This document shows positions 1 through 9,757 of a DNA stretch of 64,000 nucleotides, piece after piece. The position numbers were made by a program, and so were the translations under genes. How positions within the stretch are numbered: the stretch's first letter is position 1; each line of letters starts with the position of its first letter. A model generated the notes under the pieces. That model had not been told where the DNA came from, made no database searches, and saw only the letters and a list, made by a program, of their open reading frames with translations. The stretch is from IMG/VR virus record IMGVR_UViG_3300006931_000001, positions 32,001 to 96,000 of that record; one strand, written 5' to 3'. The DNA is from a virus.

Positions 1-1
1 T

Positions 2-1129
2 AAGGATGCAGAAAATGATGCAAAGAAAATGCAAAAAGATTTTCCAGAGGCATTTGAAAAACATCCCTGGGATGACAAGAGTTATAGACCGCCAGAGTCT
101 GATGAGTCTAAGATCAAGACTCCTGTGAAAAATAAGTCTGAATCAGAAACTTCTTCATATAAGACATTTCTAGCACACGCTATTAATGACTTACACGCAA
201 ATGAACGTAGTGCCGCGTTACAATATGCCGATGACGGTGCTGATATAAACATCGCACTTCGAGCCGGTGCTCCATTATCGGAGAAATGGCAAAAAACTAT
301 TCAGCACTTGGATGCCGCTATTTCGCGTACAAAGCTACCCGCCGCTATTTCTGTTGAGCGTGCTGTCGGTAACAAAGGAACTCAACATCTAAAAAAACTA
401 GATGTCGGCAGTACGTTTTCTAACGAAGGTTACACTTCTAGCTCTGGACGTACAGGTTATGCGCATAGCGGTAAAGATGACATCGTTTTGCATATTACGG
501 CACCGGCTGGTATACATGCCATCCCTGTTCCAGCTAGACCAGGTAAGTCTGGTAAAGTGATGGCTAATGAAGAACAAGAAATTATTTTTGGGCGTAATCA
601 GAAATTCAAAGTAACTAAAAAAGAAGTTATAGATCATCCGCAAGTACCCGGTAGCCGACGTACTATTCTTCATGTAGAAGCTGTGAACTCAGAAACGAAA
701 AAACCTGTTAAAAAAACTGAAGCCAAGCCAGAGCCTAAATCAGAAACTGCTAAGCCTAAATCAGAAGCTGCTAAGCCTAAATCAGAAGCTGCTAAACCCA
801 CATCTCTAGTTTCAGCATCTGACAAAGATTTAGGTGCAGCTGTACAACAAGCTGCAGATGAGGCTCCGGAAAAACACGGTTACGGAAGTGATTCAGTATT
901 TATTCACAGAGTCTATGAAAAACTCAAGCCACGTCTGGGTTCTATGACTCTCGAAGAATTCAAGCGCAAACTTATTAAGCTCAACGCTCAAGAGCACGTG
1001 GCTCTATCTAGAGCGGATCTCGTAGATGCTATGGATCCTGATGATGTTGAGCAGTCGCATGTAGAGGATATGGGTGCAGATTTTAACTTTGTTAGTCGTA
1101 CATCTGGACGCGATCCTAAATGGAGGTAA
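2..1129 (+). CDS. VIP2/C3-like ADP-ribosyltransferase domain protein, probably 5'-truncated by the window edge; Pro/Lys/Ala linker and small C-terminal domain
   Basis: YADDGADINIALR...LDAAI, R in VERAVG, GYTSSS and EEQEIIF form the R-S-ExE ART signature. The frame is open from base 2, so ATG 29 may be internal. Confidence 0.8.
   Translation, partial: KDAENDAKKMQKDFPEAFEKHPWDDKSYRPPESDESKIKTPVKNKSESETSSYKTFLAHAINDLHANERSAALQYADDGADINIALRAGAPLSEKWQKTIQHLDAAISRTKLPAAISVERAVGNKGTQHLKKLDVGSTFSNEGYTSSSGRTGYAHSGKDDIVLHITAPAGIHAIPVPARPGKSGKVMANEEQEIIFGRNQKFKVTKKEVIDHPQVPGSRRTILHVEAVNSETKKPVKKTEAKPEPKSETAKPKSEAAKPKSEAAKPTSLVSASDKDLGAAVQQAADEAPEKHGYGSDSVFIHRVYEKLKPRLGSMTLEEFKRKLIKLNAQEHVALSRADLVDAMDPDDVEQSHVEDMGADFNFVSRTSGRDPKWR
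733..795 (+). repeat. 3x 21-bp tandem repeat encoding PKSE(T/A)AK linker
   Basis: GCCTAAATCAGAA(A/G)CTGCTAA repeated three times. Confidence 0.9.
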
Positions 1130-1132
1130 CTG

Positions 1133-1534
1133 ATGTCTAAAGAGCGTGATGATCATTACATATTCGATTTAGTAGATAACGCTAAATCTAAAACTGGTAA
1201 GTCTCCAAAGGTAACTGCTCCTAGTGACGTATTAAGAATTCCAGATCGCAATGAATTGAAAATGCAACTAGCACACTATGCTGGTCCGTTTATTAAGCAT
1301 CAATTGCCAGATTCAAAATTTGCACGAAAACACTATGTGGAGTATGTGCGACCAGCATTGCGTTATTACTGTCAGAAATTTCAAATAAAGGTACCAGACT
1401 GGCTAAAAGATGAACACTATTTCAAGAACTTACCAGATAAGGAAAAAATGGATTTATTTGGTACTCTTGAAATTAAAGTTAAAGAATTTCGACCACTTCC
1501 TAAGTTTGCAGGTGGGCAAACACACGGTGGTTGA
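1133..1534 (+). CDS. hypothetical protein immediately downstream of the ART gene
   Basis: 133-aa ORF with GGAGG RBS; overlaps the next ORF. Confidence 0.7.
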   Translation: MSKERDDHYIFDLVDNAKSKTGKSPKVTAPSDVLRIPDRNELKMQLAHYAGPFIKHQLPDSKFARKHYVEYVRPALRYYCQKFQIKVPDWLKDEHYFKNLPDKEKMDLFGTLEIKVKEFRPLPKFAGGQTHGG

Positions 1535-2451
1535 TTATGCGAATCCTAACTAAATCTCAACGCAACACGGTTCGTTCCGTGATTCGTGATCATCATTTAG
1601 CACTAGTCGCAGAACTCTGCGGACCAGATGCCATAGATGGCAGTGATTTTTCACGTCTTAAAAAGGCAGGAAAGATTGGTGTTACGCCTACATCTGTTGA
1701 TTTAGTAACAGCAGCTCATATATTAGGAACGATGGAGAGTAGCGGAGATTTGATGAATTTGCGTGTTGAGGATTTTTGGAACACTGTAGCCAAAAGTCAC
1801 ACAACAGATGAAACCGTAGAGCTGGCCAAAGAAAAAATAGCAAGTATTGTGCAGAATATGAGTGCTCGTGTAGAGCATACATTTATGCAAGCTGCTAACG
1901 AAGCTGAGGCTTTAGCTCATAAACGGCAAGTGCTGGGTTCTGATTCTTCTAACCGTAAAGTCATTAAAGCACTTGAAAAACGTCTGGAGAAAGCGACAAG
2001 CGATGCAAAACGAGACTGGTTACGTACTGCACATACTGAGGTGCATAATTTAGTTGAAGACGGTAAAGCACTTGCTATAGCTAAATCAAAACCTGGAAGC
2101 GATCCTATTGTATACAAAAAACCAAGACCAGACGCTTGTCCATACTGTCGATTACTATATACCGATGATGACGGAGCGCCGCGTTTATTTCGTTTAAGTT
2201 CATTAATAGCTAACGGCACTAATATTGGTCGTAAAGCTGGTAGACCGTCATTCATTGGCAAGAGTGCCACAGAGTATAAAGCAACACTTGGAGCTATTCA
2301 TCCATGGTGTCGATGTACACTACATCATATTCCGGATGGCGTGCGTCTGAATAGCAAAGGGCAACTTGTTCGAGGCGTAATCAAATCTCAAATTTATAGT
2401 TCATTAGATGATTTACAGGATTTAATAAACCACGAGTGTCCAGATGACTAG
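1531..2451 (+). CDS. MuF / SPP1 gp7-like head morphogenesis (minor head) protein
   Basis: RTAHTE...DACPYC...HPWCRC motifs; lies upstream of the prohead protease. Confidence 0.8.
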   Translation: MIMRILTKSQRNTVRSVIRDHHLALVAELCGPDAIDGSDFSRLKKAGKIGVTPTSVDLVTAAHILGTMESSGDLMNLRVEDFWNTVAKSHTTDETVELAKEKIASIVQNMSARVEHTFMQAANEAEALAHKRQVLGSDSSNRKVIKALEKRLEKATSDAKRDWLRTAHTEVHNLVEDGKALAIAKSKPGSDPIVYKKPRPDACPYCRLLYTDDDGAPRLFRLSSLIANGTNIGRKAGRPSFIGKSATEYKATLGAIHPWCRCTLHHIPDGVRLNSKGQLVRGVIKSQIYSSLDDLQDLINHECPDD

Positions 2452-3301
2452 TGCATTTCACAGACTTATTACAACTAATAAGCCTACAAAAGTGCAAGAA
2501 TTATCTGCTGGTAAGAGCGGAGCATTATTAGCCACTTATCGTGGTGGTATTAAAGCTGTACTGAAATTAGCCAAAAAAAGCATGCCATCTGGTAAGAAAA
2601 CACAGCGAGGATTACTAGTTAGATCGCAACCAAACAGAGAAGTAGCATTTTACAGATTGGCTGTTTTGTTAGGCTATGATCATCTCGTACCAGAGACGGT
2701 TTTAACTATTTACAAAGGACATGAAGCTTCTGCACAATTATATGTACCAGCTGCGCCCTTAGCAGCCTTAGAGCCGCAACTGAAAAAATCTGTAGGTGGT
2801 CAGAGTTGGCGAAATCTAGTTGTAAAAACTTGCTCTCTAGTGCCAAAATATTTTTGGAAACAATTATTAGCTTTAGACATAGTAGGCGGTGCACGCGATC
2901 GTCACGCTAATAACATAGGTATAAAGTTACTGATAAAGAGTGATCGTCCGATATATCGTTTGGTGGCTTGGGATAACGCAACGACGTTCGGTGTCACGTT
3001 TGAAAAATATCATAATGTATTTCATAAGCTCTTGTTTAGAAAGAGCGTATTAGATTTTGATGCAGAATGGTTCAAGCTACAGAGCATCTCACGTAGTGAC
3101 ATGTTCACAGCACTGGCATCTTTTTTGGCACCTGAAGAGATAGAACATGCCTATCTCCGTAAACAGTTTTTCTTAGACTATCCTTATCGACTACCTTGGA
3201 AGGTATGTAGCCAGGGTAACGATGACTCCAACGCGTTTCCTGCCTACACCGACTATTTTGTCGGTGCCGACGACAACGCACCCCTTGAACACGCCGCGTA
3301 G
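2444..3301 (+). CDS. PI3/4-kinase-like / HipA-like atypical kinase
   Basis: KAVLK, REVAFYRL, LVPET, catalytic DRHANN and WDNA motifs. Confidence 0.75.
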   Translation: MTSAFHRLITTNKPTKVQELSAGKSGALLATYRGGIKAVLKLAKKSMPSGKKTQRGLLVRSQPNREVAFYRLAVLLGYDHLVPETVLTIYKGHEASAQLYVPAAPLAALEPQLKKSVGGQSWRNLVVKTCSLVPKYFWKQLLALDIVGGARDRHANNIGIKLLIKSDRPIYRLVAWDNATTFGVTFEKYHNVFHKLLFRKSVLDFDAEWFKLQSISRSDMFTALASFLAPEEIEHAYLRKQFFLDYPYRLPWKVCSQGNDDSNAFPAYTDYFVGADDNAPLEHAA

Positions 3302-3313
3302 ACGTAGTAAACT
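3285..3313 (+). promoter_or_regulatory. candidate sigma70-like promoter for the head operon
   Basis: TTGAAC-17 nt-TAAACT, ending 17 nt before ATG 3331; AAGGA RBS follows. Confidence 0.4.
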
Positions 3314-3330
3314 CTAGCAAAAGGATATCC

Positions 3331-4023
3331 ATGCGCAGTGATGTTGAAAGACTCCTAGAAGAAGACAGATTCGAAGTTTTCGTTCCCGACACTTTCGAGA
3401 TTCTCGAAAAGGCTGGAAACGAAGATATCGAAGAGACGCGACCTATTGGGGGCTTTTGTTCGACTGAGCATCTTGATCGGCAAGAAGAGGTGGTTGTAGC
3501 CAAAGGTTTAATGTTTGATGACTTCATTAACTTTGGTTACTTTAATGACAACCATCGACAAGATACATCAGCTGTTTTAGGTTATCCTAGAGTAGTTAAA
3601 TTAATTGATAGCAAGTGGTGGACAGAAGGAAACCTAATTAAAGGTTATACTCCAGCTGATAAGGTCTGGGAGTTAGCTAAAGCACTAAAGAAAAGCCGAG
3701 CGCCGCGACGTTTAGGTTTTTCCATCGAAGGTAAAGTGCTCGCTCGTGATGAGAATACACGGCGAATTCTTCGTGCTGCTGTTCGTAACGTAGCGATTAC
3801 AAATTGTCCTGTGAACACAGCATGTACATGGGATATTTTAGCCAAAGCATTCGGTTCGGAAAATGCGGTAGTTGCAGCAAGTAAAGCTGAAAAAGACGTC
3901 GAAATGATTAGAAATGATATGCTTGACGCAAATGCTGCGTATAGCAGAATCAGAAAAATCAGACCTCAGTATAGTAAATCAACTTGTCAACGCATCGTAC
4001 AATTGGCGATGCGGAATTTTTAA
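3331..4023 (+). CDS. prohead protease
   Basis: GFCSTEHLDRQEE, GYFNDNH, LGFSIEG, VAITNCPVN motifs; upstream of scaffold and capsid. Confidence 0.85.
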   Translation: MRSDVERLLEEDRFEVFVPDTFEILEKAGNEDIEETRPIGGFCSTEHLDRQEEVVVAKGLMFDDFINFGYFNDNHRQDTSAVLGYPRVVKLIDSKWWTEGNLIKGYTPADKVWELAKALKKSRAPRRLGFSIEGKVLARDENTRRILRAAVRNVAITNCPVNTACTWDILAKAFGSENAVVAASKAEKDVEMIRNDMLDANAAYSRIRKIRPQYSKSTCQRIVQLAMRNF

Positions 4024-4042
4024 CCTGAAAGGAGACTAAATA

Positions 4043-4375
4043 ATGCCTGGTCATGTCGCATCGCCACGTCCCAAACCGTTTCAGAGCCATCAAGATGCAA
4101 ATATTCATCTTGGTGAGGTAACTGTTACAGGTACCGCTACAGTGGATCTTGGAATTAACCATAACAACTTCAAAGTTATTCTGAGTATTCGTGGTGGTCT
4201 TACAAGTCTTGCACCTGCACATATTGTTGCTTGGGATTACGGTACGAAAAAAGGAACGTTTGTAATTACTGTTGGTAAAGCTACCAACGCATCAACTACA
4301 ACGGTCATTGCCGCTACGGCTGCGGTAGTGATTAGCTTCATTGCTTATGAAGAGCCGGTTGTTCCGACTATCTGA
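4043..4375 (+). CDS. putative head decoration/structural protein
   Basis: Strong AAGGAG RBS; Ala/Thr/Val-rich; in head module. Confidence 0.5.
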   Translation: MPGHVASPRPKPFQSHQDANIHLGEVTVTGTATVDLGINHNNFKVILSIRGGLTSLAPAHIVAWDYGTKKGTFVITVGKATNASTTTVIAATAAVVISFIAYEEPVVPTI

Positions 4376-4404
4376 TTTAGTTTAATTTTGAAAGGAGAAA
4401 TACA

Positions 4405-4767
4405 ATGGCACTTAAAAATAACTTGATGATTAACTTTGACGGACAGACGCTCTTCAAGGTGATGCAGGCTGGTTCCTTTACGGTTCCTGATTCTGTGAGC
4501 GCACCCTCGCCGTCTGGATCTGTTTCCAGTGGTTACGCTCCAACCACAGCATTTGACGGTCGTCGTGCAGTCGCAGGCGGTATGATTTACGCAGCTTTCA
4601 GCGATGCTGCTGGTACTACATCACTGGATTATCAGGAACACCTAAATCCTGGTGATGTTGTGGCTGTGTCTGCAGCTGGCGCGGCAACCACGGTGTCTAT
4701 TAACAGTGTCGTGAAATTCACGTTTGCATCTACAGCAGTTGCTGGTGTTCTCGGATTTTACAGCTGA
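4405..4767 (+). CDS. putative head decoration/structural protein
   Basis: Strong AAGGAG RBS; Ala/Ser/Gly-rich; in head module. Confidence 0.5.
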   Translation: MALKNNLMINFDGQTLFKVMQAGSFTVPDSVSAPSPSGSVSSGYAPTTAFDGRRAVAGGMIYAAFSDAAGTTSLDYQEHLNPGDVVAVSAAGAATTVSINSVVKFTFASTAVAGVLGFYS

Positions 4768-4777
4768 GGTTTAAGGT

Positions 4778-5650
4778 ATGTCGAAGAAAGATAAGTCTCT
4801 GATCAAGGAAAGTAATCTGATCAAGGCATTGAATGATCTTGAAGCGCTCGCTAAAGGTGACGCTATGGAAAATCAAGATCCAGAGGGAGGTCTAGCAACC
4901 GAAGGTAAGCCTCTTTCTGCGATGGCTCCACGCGGGAAAGATCGCAGCATGACCAAGAAAAGCAAAACACGCGCTGCATCGTCAAGTAGCGCTATGTCAT
5001 CGTCTGTGGAAAAAGCAGAAGCTGATGATGACAGTGCTAGCAGCGAAGACATGAGTGGAGATGATGAGAGCTCTGATGAGGATATGAGCTCTGATGATGA
5101 GAGCTCTGATGATAATATGAGCAAATCCTTTCGCCAGCGCGCGGAAGAAAATGAGGAAATGGCAAAAGGCTTGCTTGTTTCGCCATTCCTCGAAGCAATG
5201 ACAGATCAGATGAACGAGGCGTTGTCCGATTTGTCGAAGAGTTTTCAGAAGAGTCTAGATAACCGTTTTAATGCGCAGAATGAATTTAACACTCGCATCG
5301 CTAAAGGTATTGTTCTTATTGGTCGGACAATGAGCGCCATTGTTCCGTTAGTCAAGGAACAGTCCGAGATGATTAAATCATTTGGAAATTCTCCAAATGT
5401 AGCGCAACGAAAGAGTATTCTCAATAAGTCGGAAATTGCAGAGCCGCATCGTACAGGAGATGACGGTGATAGTGATGGTGCGCCAAAACTCAGTCGTAAC
5501 GACATGCAGGATTGGCTGGTGGAAAAATCAACCAAGGGTGAGATTCCTGTAGCTATTGTTACGACTTGGGAGACGTCAGGACACGCTCTTAGCTCACTTC
5601 CGTTGCAAATCCGCAAGGCCATGATGAATGACCTCGCGAAAGCGCAATAA
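4778..5650 (+). CDS. scaffold-like protein
   Basis: Acidic S/D/E tract, helical segments, many xK(S/A/G) motifs; directly before the capsid gene. Confidence 0.65.
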   Translation: MSKKDKSLIKESNLIKALNDLEALAKGDAMENQDPEGGLATEGKPLSAMAPRGKDRSMTKKSKTRAASSSSAMSSSVEKAEADDDSASSEDMSGDDESSDEDMSSDDESSDDNMSKSFRQRAEENEEMAKGLLVSPFLEAMTDQMNEALSDLSKSFQKSLDNRFNAQNEFNTRIAKGIVLIGRTMSAIVPLVKEQSEMIKSFGNSPNVAQRKSILNKSEIAEPHRTGDDGDSDGAPKLSRNDMQDWLVEKSTKGEIPVAIVTTWETSGHALSSLPLQIRKAMMNDLAKAQ

Positions 5651-5679
5651 TTTAACTTAATTACGAAAGGAGATATACA

Positions 5680-7083
5680 ATGCAAATGGTTACGATGGCT
5701 GATTATGAAGGTTATAATGGCTTCTCTGGCGGATTTGGCAACGCAGGGCAGAACGATGTTGAAGAGCTGAACAAGGCTCTTACGAGCAATTACCAATCGC
5801 CGCGTACTGATGGCTCGGCTGCATTACGCGTCGAATCTTTGGAGGCAACGCTTCGTGTTCTGACGTTTAATGCGAACCATGTGAAGCTCTGGAGAGTTAT
5901 TCCTAAGCTTCCGGCATACAGTACGAGTGAAGAATACAATGTCCAGACCTCATATGGTCAGGATAACGGTATGTTCACCTTGGACGGTGAATTACCGCAG
6001 ACGCAAGATGCATCGTACGAGCGGCGCGTTTCGCTCGTGAAGTTTATCGGCTGCACGAAGGAAGTTAGTTATACTACTACACTTGTGAAGCCGGCACATG
6101 GTAATGTGATTGCTCTAGAAACGAGCAATGCAGCAACGTGGATTATGGAGCGCACCGAGCGTGCACTATTTGGTGCACGCCAGGATGTGATTCCGCAAGC
6201 CTGGGATGGTCTGGATCAGCAAATTCAGAACGATCCTATCGCGTCTGTGCAGAATATTATCGATCTTCGTGGCAGTGTTCTCACGCCAGAGAAGATCGAG
6301 GAAGGCGCGAATATCATCGTAGAGGCGTATGGTGTTCCTACCGATTTCTACGCAGCGCCTCGAGCAATCTCCGATCTTGGAAAGCAATATTATCCGAAGG
6401 AGCGTATTAATTTACCTGCACCAGTTAACGGTCGAGTTGGCGTTACGGTGTCTGAGGTTAATACTACGGCTGGTGTGCTGCCGCTTAACTCAGATGTGTT
6501 TTTGCGGTCCGGTGGTAATAACGGACGCAAGAAAGCGCCAGCTTCGCAGACCTCCAACCGTGCGCCGTCTGCTCCAACCGTTACAGGTGCAGTTGGCGGC
6601 TCTGGTTCGCAATTTGCGGCTGCAGATGTTGGCACCTATCAGTACAAGGTTTCTGCCATTAACCGATTTGGCGAATCCACGTCTGGTCAGTTGTCTGGCG
6701 GTGCAGCGGTTGCTTCTGCAGGGCAGAACGTGACGTTAACCATCACGGATGGTGGCGGCGGTGATCCTGCGACTGGTTACCGTGTGTATCGCTCCTTTGT
6801 TGGTGGCGCTGTCGGTACCGAGCAATGGATTGCTGATGTGCCACGCGCCACCACTGGTACAACGGCATATGTTGATGCGAACCAGTATCTGCCGAACACG
6901 TCTCGCGGATATATGTTTCAGGTGAATACACAGTCGTTGGCCTTCAAGCAATTGGCGCCGATGCTTAAGGTGCCTCTTGCGACGGTTGCTATCAGCATTC
7001 GTTGGTCGCAGGTTCTTTTTGGTGTGCCTCAGATGTACGCACCACAGAAGAATGTTATTTATATTAACTGCGCCGATGACTGA
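5680..7083 (+). CDS. major capsid protein (SPO1/Twort-like) with Fn3/Ig-like insertion
   Basis: ELNKAL..., ALRVESLE, STSEEYN, ERALF, IIDLRG; insertion YQYKVSAINRFGES...TGYRVYRS. Confidence 0.92.
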   Translation: MQMVTMADYEGYNGFSGGFGNAGQNDVEELNKALTSNYQSPRTDGSAALRVESLEATLRVLTFNANHVKLWRVIPKLPAYSTSEEYNVQTSYGQDNGMFTLDGELPQTQDASYERRVSLVKFIGCTKEVSYTTTLVKPAHGNVIALETSNAATWIMERTERALFGARQDVIPQAWDGLDQQIQNDPIASVQNIIDLRGSVLTPEKIEEGANIIVEAYGVPTDFYAAPRAISDLGKQYYPKERINLPAPVNGRVGVTVSEVNTTAGVLPLNSDVFLRSGGNNGRKKAPASQTSNRAPSAPTVTGAVGGSGSQFAAADVGTYQYKVSAINRFGESTSGQLSGGAAVASAGQNVTLTITDGGGGDPATGYRVYRSFVGGAVGTEQWIADVPRATTGTTAYVDANQYLPNTSRGYMFQVNTQSLAFKQLAPMLKVPLATVAISIRWSQVLFGVPQMYAPQKNVIYINCADD

Positions 7084-7104
7084 ATAGTTTAGCGATTGCG
7101 ATGC

Positions 7105-7155
7105 TGATGAAAGAGTGAGGCATTATTGTCTTACCTCACTCTTTCATCATTTACT
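7105..7155 (+). terminator. 16-bp perfect hairpin after the capsid gene (terminator or mRNA stabiliser)
   Basis: TGATGAAAGAGTGAGG (7105-7120) / CCTCACTCTTTCATCA (7134-7149), then T-rich sequence. Confidence 0.75.
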
Positions 7156-7170
7156 TGTTCTAGGAGATTT

Positions 7171-7599
7171 ATGAAGGTTCTACTGCAGAGTGTACCCAAT
7201 AAGAATCGTACTGTGACCACGAGTTTTGGTGCTATTTCCTTTGATGATAAAGGTTTTGCAAGCCAAGACGTTTCAGAGAGCGACTTGGAGTTGTGTCGTA
7301 ACCTGAATTGGTTAGTGGAGACTTCGGTAAATCGCGAAGCTCAACTAGAGCATTTGTATACACAGCATGCAGCGATGCTTGAATCTGTGAAACAAATGGA
7401 AGCGCAAATCGAGACACTAGAAGAGGAAGTCAAGAAAGAAAAAGAGAAAAAACCACAGCAAAGCAGCAAAGCCTCAGCTGCTGATACCAAAAATGATGAA
7501 GCACTGATGAAAAAGCTCGAAGCACAGGGGCAAGCCGCTGCAGCCAAAGAAGCTGCCGCATCTGTGTCAGCTGTGTCAGCTGCAGGTAATCGGAAGTAA
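7171..7599 (+). CDS. hypothetical virion-module protein with coiled-coil C-terminus
   Basis: AGGAG RBS before ATG 7171; the track start at 7126 lies inside the hairpin. Confidence 0.7.
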   Translation: MKVLLQSVPNKNRTVTTSFGAISFDDKGFASQDVSESDLELCRNLNWLVETSVNREAQLEHLYTQHAAMLESVKQMEAQIETLEEEVKKEKEKKPQQSSKASAADTKNDEALMKKLEAQGQAAAAKEAAASVSAVSAAGNRK

Positions 7600-7621
7600 C
7601 TGACGCTGACTGAAGGAAGCC

Positions 7622-8437
7622 ATGGCGAATTCAACTCCTGAAGGTGTCGTTACTCATTCGCGGTTTTCTACAACAATACCGCTGAATCATTTAACGCCTA
7701 AATATCTCAAAGATAATTATCATCCTGGTATTAAACTTACTGGTAGTGATAATCAGGAGTTGTCTGACGATTGGTATAACGAACAGATTGCTAATGCAAT
7801 CGATAAAGTAGAATCGTTTACCAATGTTGATATCTTAGAGCGTAACGTAACGTCTGAAAAACACGATTACGTTGTTACAGATTATACTCGTTATGGCTTT
7901 CTTCAGTTATATCGCGTTCCTTCTCGTTCTGTTCAGGAAGTGCGTGCTGTATATCCAACAGGTAATAATATACAGGTATTTCCTCCTGAGTGGATTCGTC
8001 TGAATCAGATGCATTCACAGATAAATCTCGTTCCGACTGCCGGCTCTTTGTCTCAAGTAATTATTGGACAGGGTGCTGATTTTATTCCATTGATTTTTGC
8101 CAAGCTGTCGTATCTTCCGCAGTTATGGGAAGTTGATTATGTGAGTGGTTTTGATCCAGAGGCTGTTCCGAGATTGGTGATTGAAAGTATTTGTAAATAC
8201 GCGATCATGGATATATTTACTACTATGAGTGATACGATATATCCACTTGGTATAGGTTCACAGAGTTTGTCAATAGACGGACTTTCGCAAAGCAGAAGTT
8301 TCTCGATGCCTGCATTTAAGGCCAGAGTTGATCGTTACACTGCAGATTTAGGATTACCTGGAACTCCATCAGAAAAGAGTGGTTTGATTAATCAAATCCG
8401 CAGTAATTATCTTGGCATCAACCTGGCGAGTCTCTGA
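7622..8437 (+). CDS. head-tail connector/adaptor
   Basis: EKHDY...YGFLQL, VDYVSGF, GIGSQSLSIDGLSQS; position after capsid. Confidence 0.75.
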   Translation: MANSTPEGVVTHSRFSTTIPLNHLTPKYLKDNYHPGIKLTGSDNQELSDDWYNEQIANAIDKVESFTNVDILERNVTSEKHDYVVTDYTRYGFLQLYRVPSRSVQEVRAVYPTGNNIQVFPPEWIRLNQMHSQINLVPTAGSLSQVIIGQGADFIPLIFAKLSYLPQLWEVDYVSGFDPEAVPRLVIESICKYAIMDIFTTMSDTIYPLGIGSQSLSIDGLSQSRSFSMPAFKARVDRYTADLGLPGTPSEKSGLINQIRSNYLGINLASL

Positions 8438-9261
8438 TGGGGATTAGCATAACAGGCGGTGTAGATATTGGTGGACGTCATGTTGGAGGTCCACCAACTG
8501 CGCCAGGCCAAGAATTACCTGGTCAGTATACGGCCGGTTTCACGAATAATGATTTTGATCGTGATGTATTTACTGCAGCCTTACAAGACAAAGGTTACAG
8601 TGTCCTTTGGGAGCAAGCTGCATTTTGTCCAAATCGTGGCCGTGCTGGCCTAGGAAATCGTGATCATCCTATCGCGTGTCCTATCTGCGATGGTAGTGGT
8701 TGGATATTCTACAGGCCAACTCCTACGCAAATGCTGATTACTAGCGTGACCATGCAGCAGAATTATTACGCACAAGGTGGCTGGTCTAGCGGTAGAGTTA
8801 TGGTTACAGCATTGCCAGAGTATAGATTTCATGTGTGGGATCGTATCTCAATCATGGATGGTGTTGCTCGGTTTCAAGAGATCGTACGTAGGCAACCTGG
8901 CACAAATAGCGATAGAACTAAATATATTCCTTTGTGTGTCATACATTTGTCCTGGGTAGGTCGTGATGGTTCATTGCAGATATTCACACAGGATAACGAT
9001 TTTTTTGTAACATCTGACGGTTTGATAGTATGGCCAGACTCTACTCGCAGACCTGATGACAATACATTCTATTCTGCATCATATGAATACCATCCGCGTT
9101 ATGTGGTTCAGGAGTTAACACATCAGCATCGAGTTTCAACGGTACAGCATCGACCTACGAATTTTCCAGTAGCTGGCGTAGCGCGATTGGATTTCTTGCT
9201 ACGAGACGAAAGCAAAGACGATGTTCAAACTGACTTTGAAGATCCGTTCAAACCTCGCTAA
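8437..9261 (+). CDS. neck/head-closure protein
   Basis: KGYSVLWEQAAFCP...CPICDGSGW motif; gene order. Confidence 0.7.
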   Translation: MGISITGGVDIGGRHVGGPPTAPGQELPGQYTAGFTNNDFDRDVFTAALQDKGYSVLWEQAAFCPNRGRAGLGNRDHPIACPICDGSGWIFYRPTPTQMLITSVTMQQNYYAQGGWSSGRVMVTALPEYRFHVWDRISIMDGVARFQEIVRRQPGTNSDRTKYIPLCVIHLSWVGRDGSLQIFTQDNDFFVTSDGLIVWPDSTRRPDDNTFYSASYEYHPRYVVQELTHQHRVSTVQHRPTNFPVAGVARLDFLLRDESKDDVQTDFEDPFKPR

Positions 9262-9757
9262 TGCTTTGCTGTCTCGCATTCGGCCATCTATACAGAGAGC
9301 TGCAGATAAAGCATTGCCTAAAGTAGCATCACGTATTGTTTCGCTTGTAAAAGAAGAGACTACCAAAAAATTACACAGTACAGCTAGTTTATACGAAAAA
9401 GCTCTGAATAAGCCATCAGCGATTCAATTATCTGGACATAGTGTAACTATCAAAATAGATGATCCTATCGTAAATGCATTAGAGAATGGATTTACGAGTT
9501 TTGATATTAAATCTCACATGCTTAAGCGTGGACGCATAGGTAAAAATGGTGTGACATATATAGATGTACCATTGCGTAGTATGACAGGACGTCGTGTAAT
9601 TCGACGAATATCTAGTAATAGTCCGCCGTCATCGTGGATTCATCCAGGATTTAAAGGTGTGAAGATATTTGAAGTATTGGCCCCGACTATAAAAGAAGAG
9701 GCCAAGAAAGCAGTGGAATCGGAGTTAGCCGCTGCAGGAATGAAAACACGTAAATGA
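9221..9757 (+). CDS. neck/tail completion protein
   Basis: FDIK...RRISSNSPPSSWIHPG; gene order. Confidence 0.6.
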   Translation: MFKLTLKIRSNLANALLSRIRPSIQRAADKALPKVASRIVSLVKEETTKKLHSTASLYEKALNKPSAIQLSGHSVTIKIDDPIVNALENGFTSFDIKSHMLKRGRIGKNGVTYIDVPLRSMTGRRVIRRISSNSPPSSWIHPGFKGVKIFEVLAPTIKEEAKKAVESELAAAGMKTRK

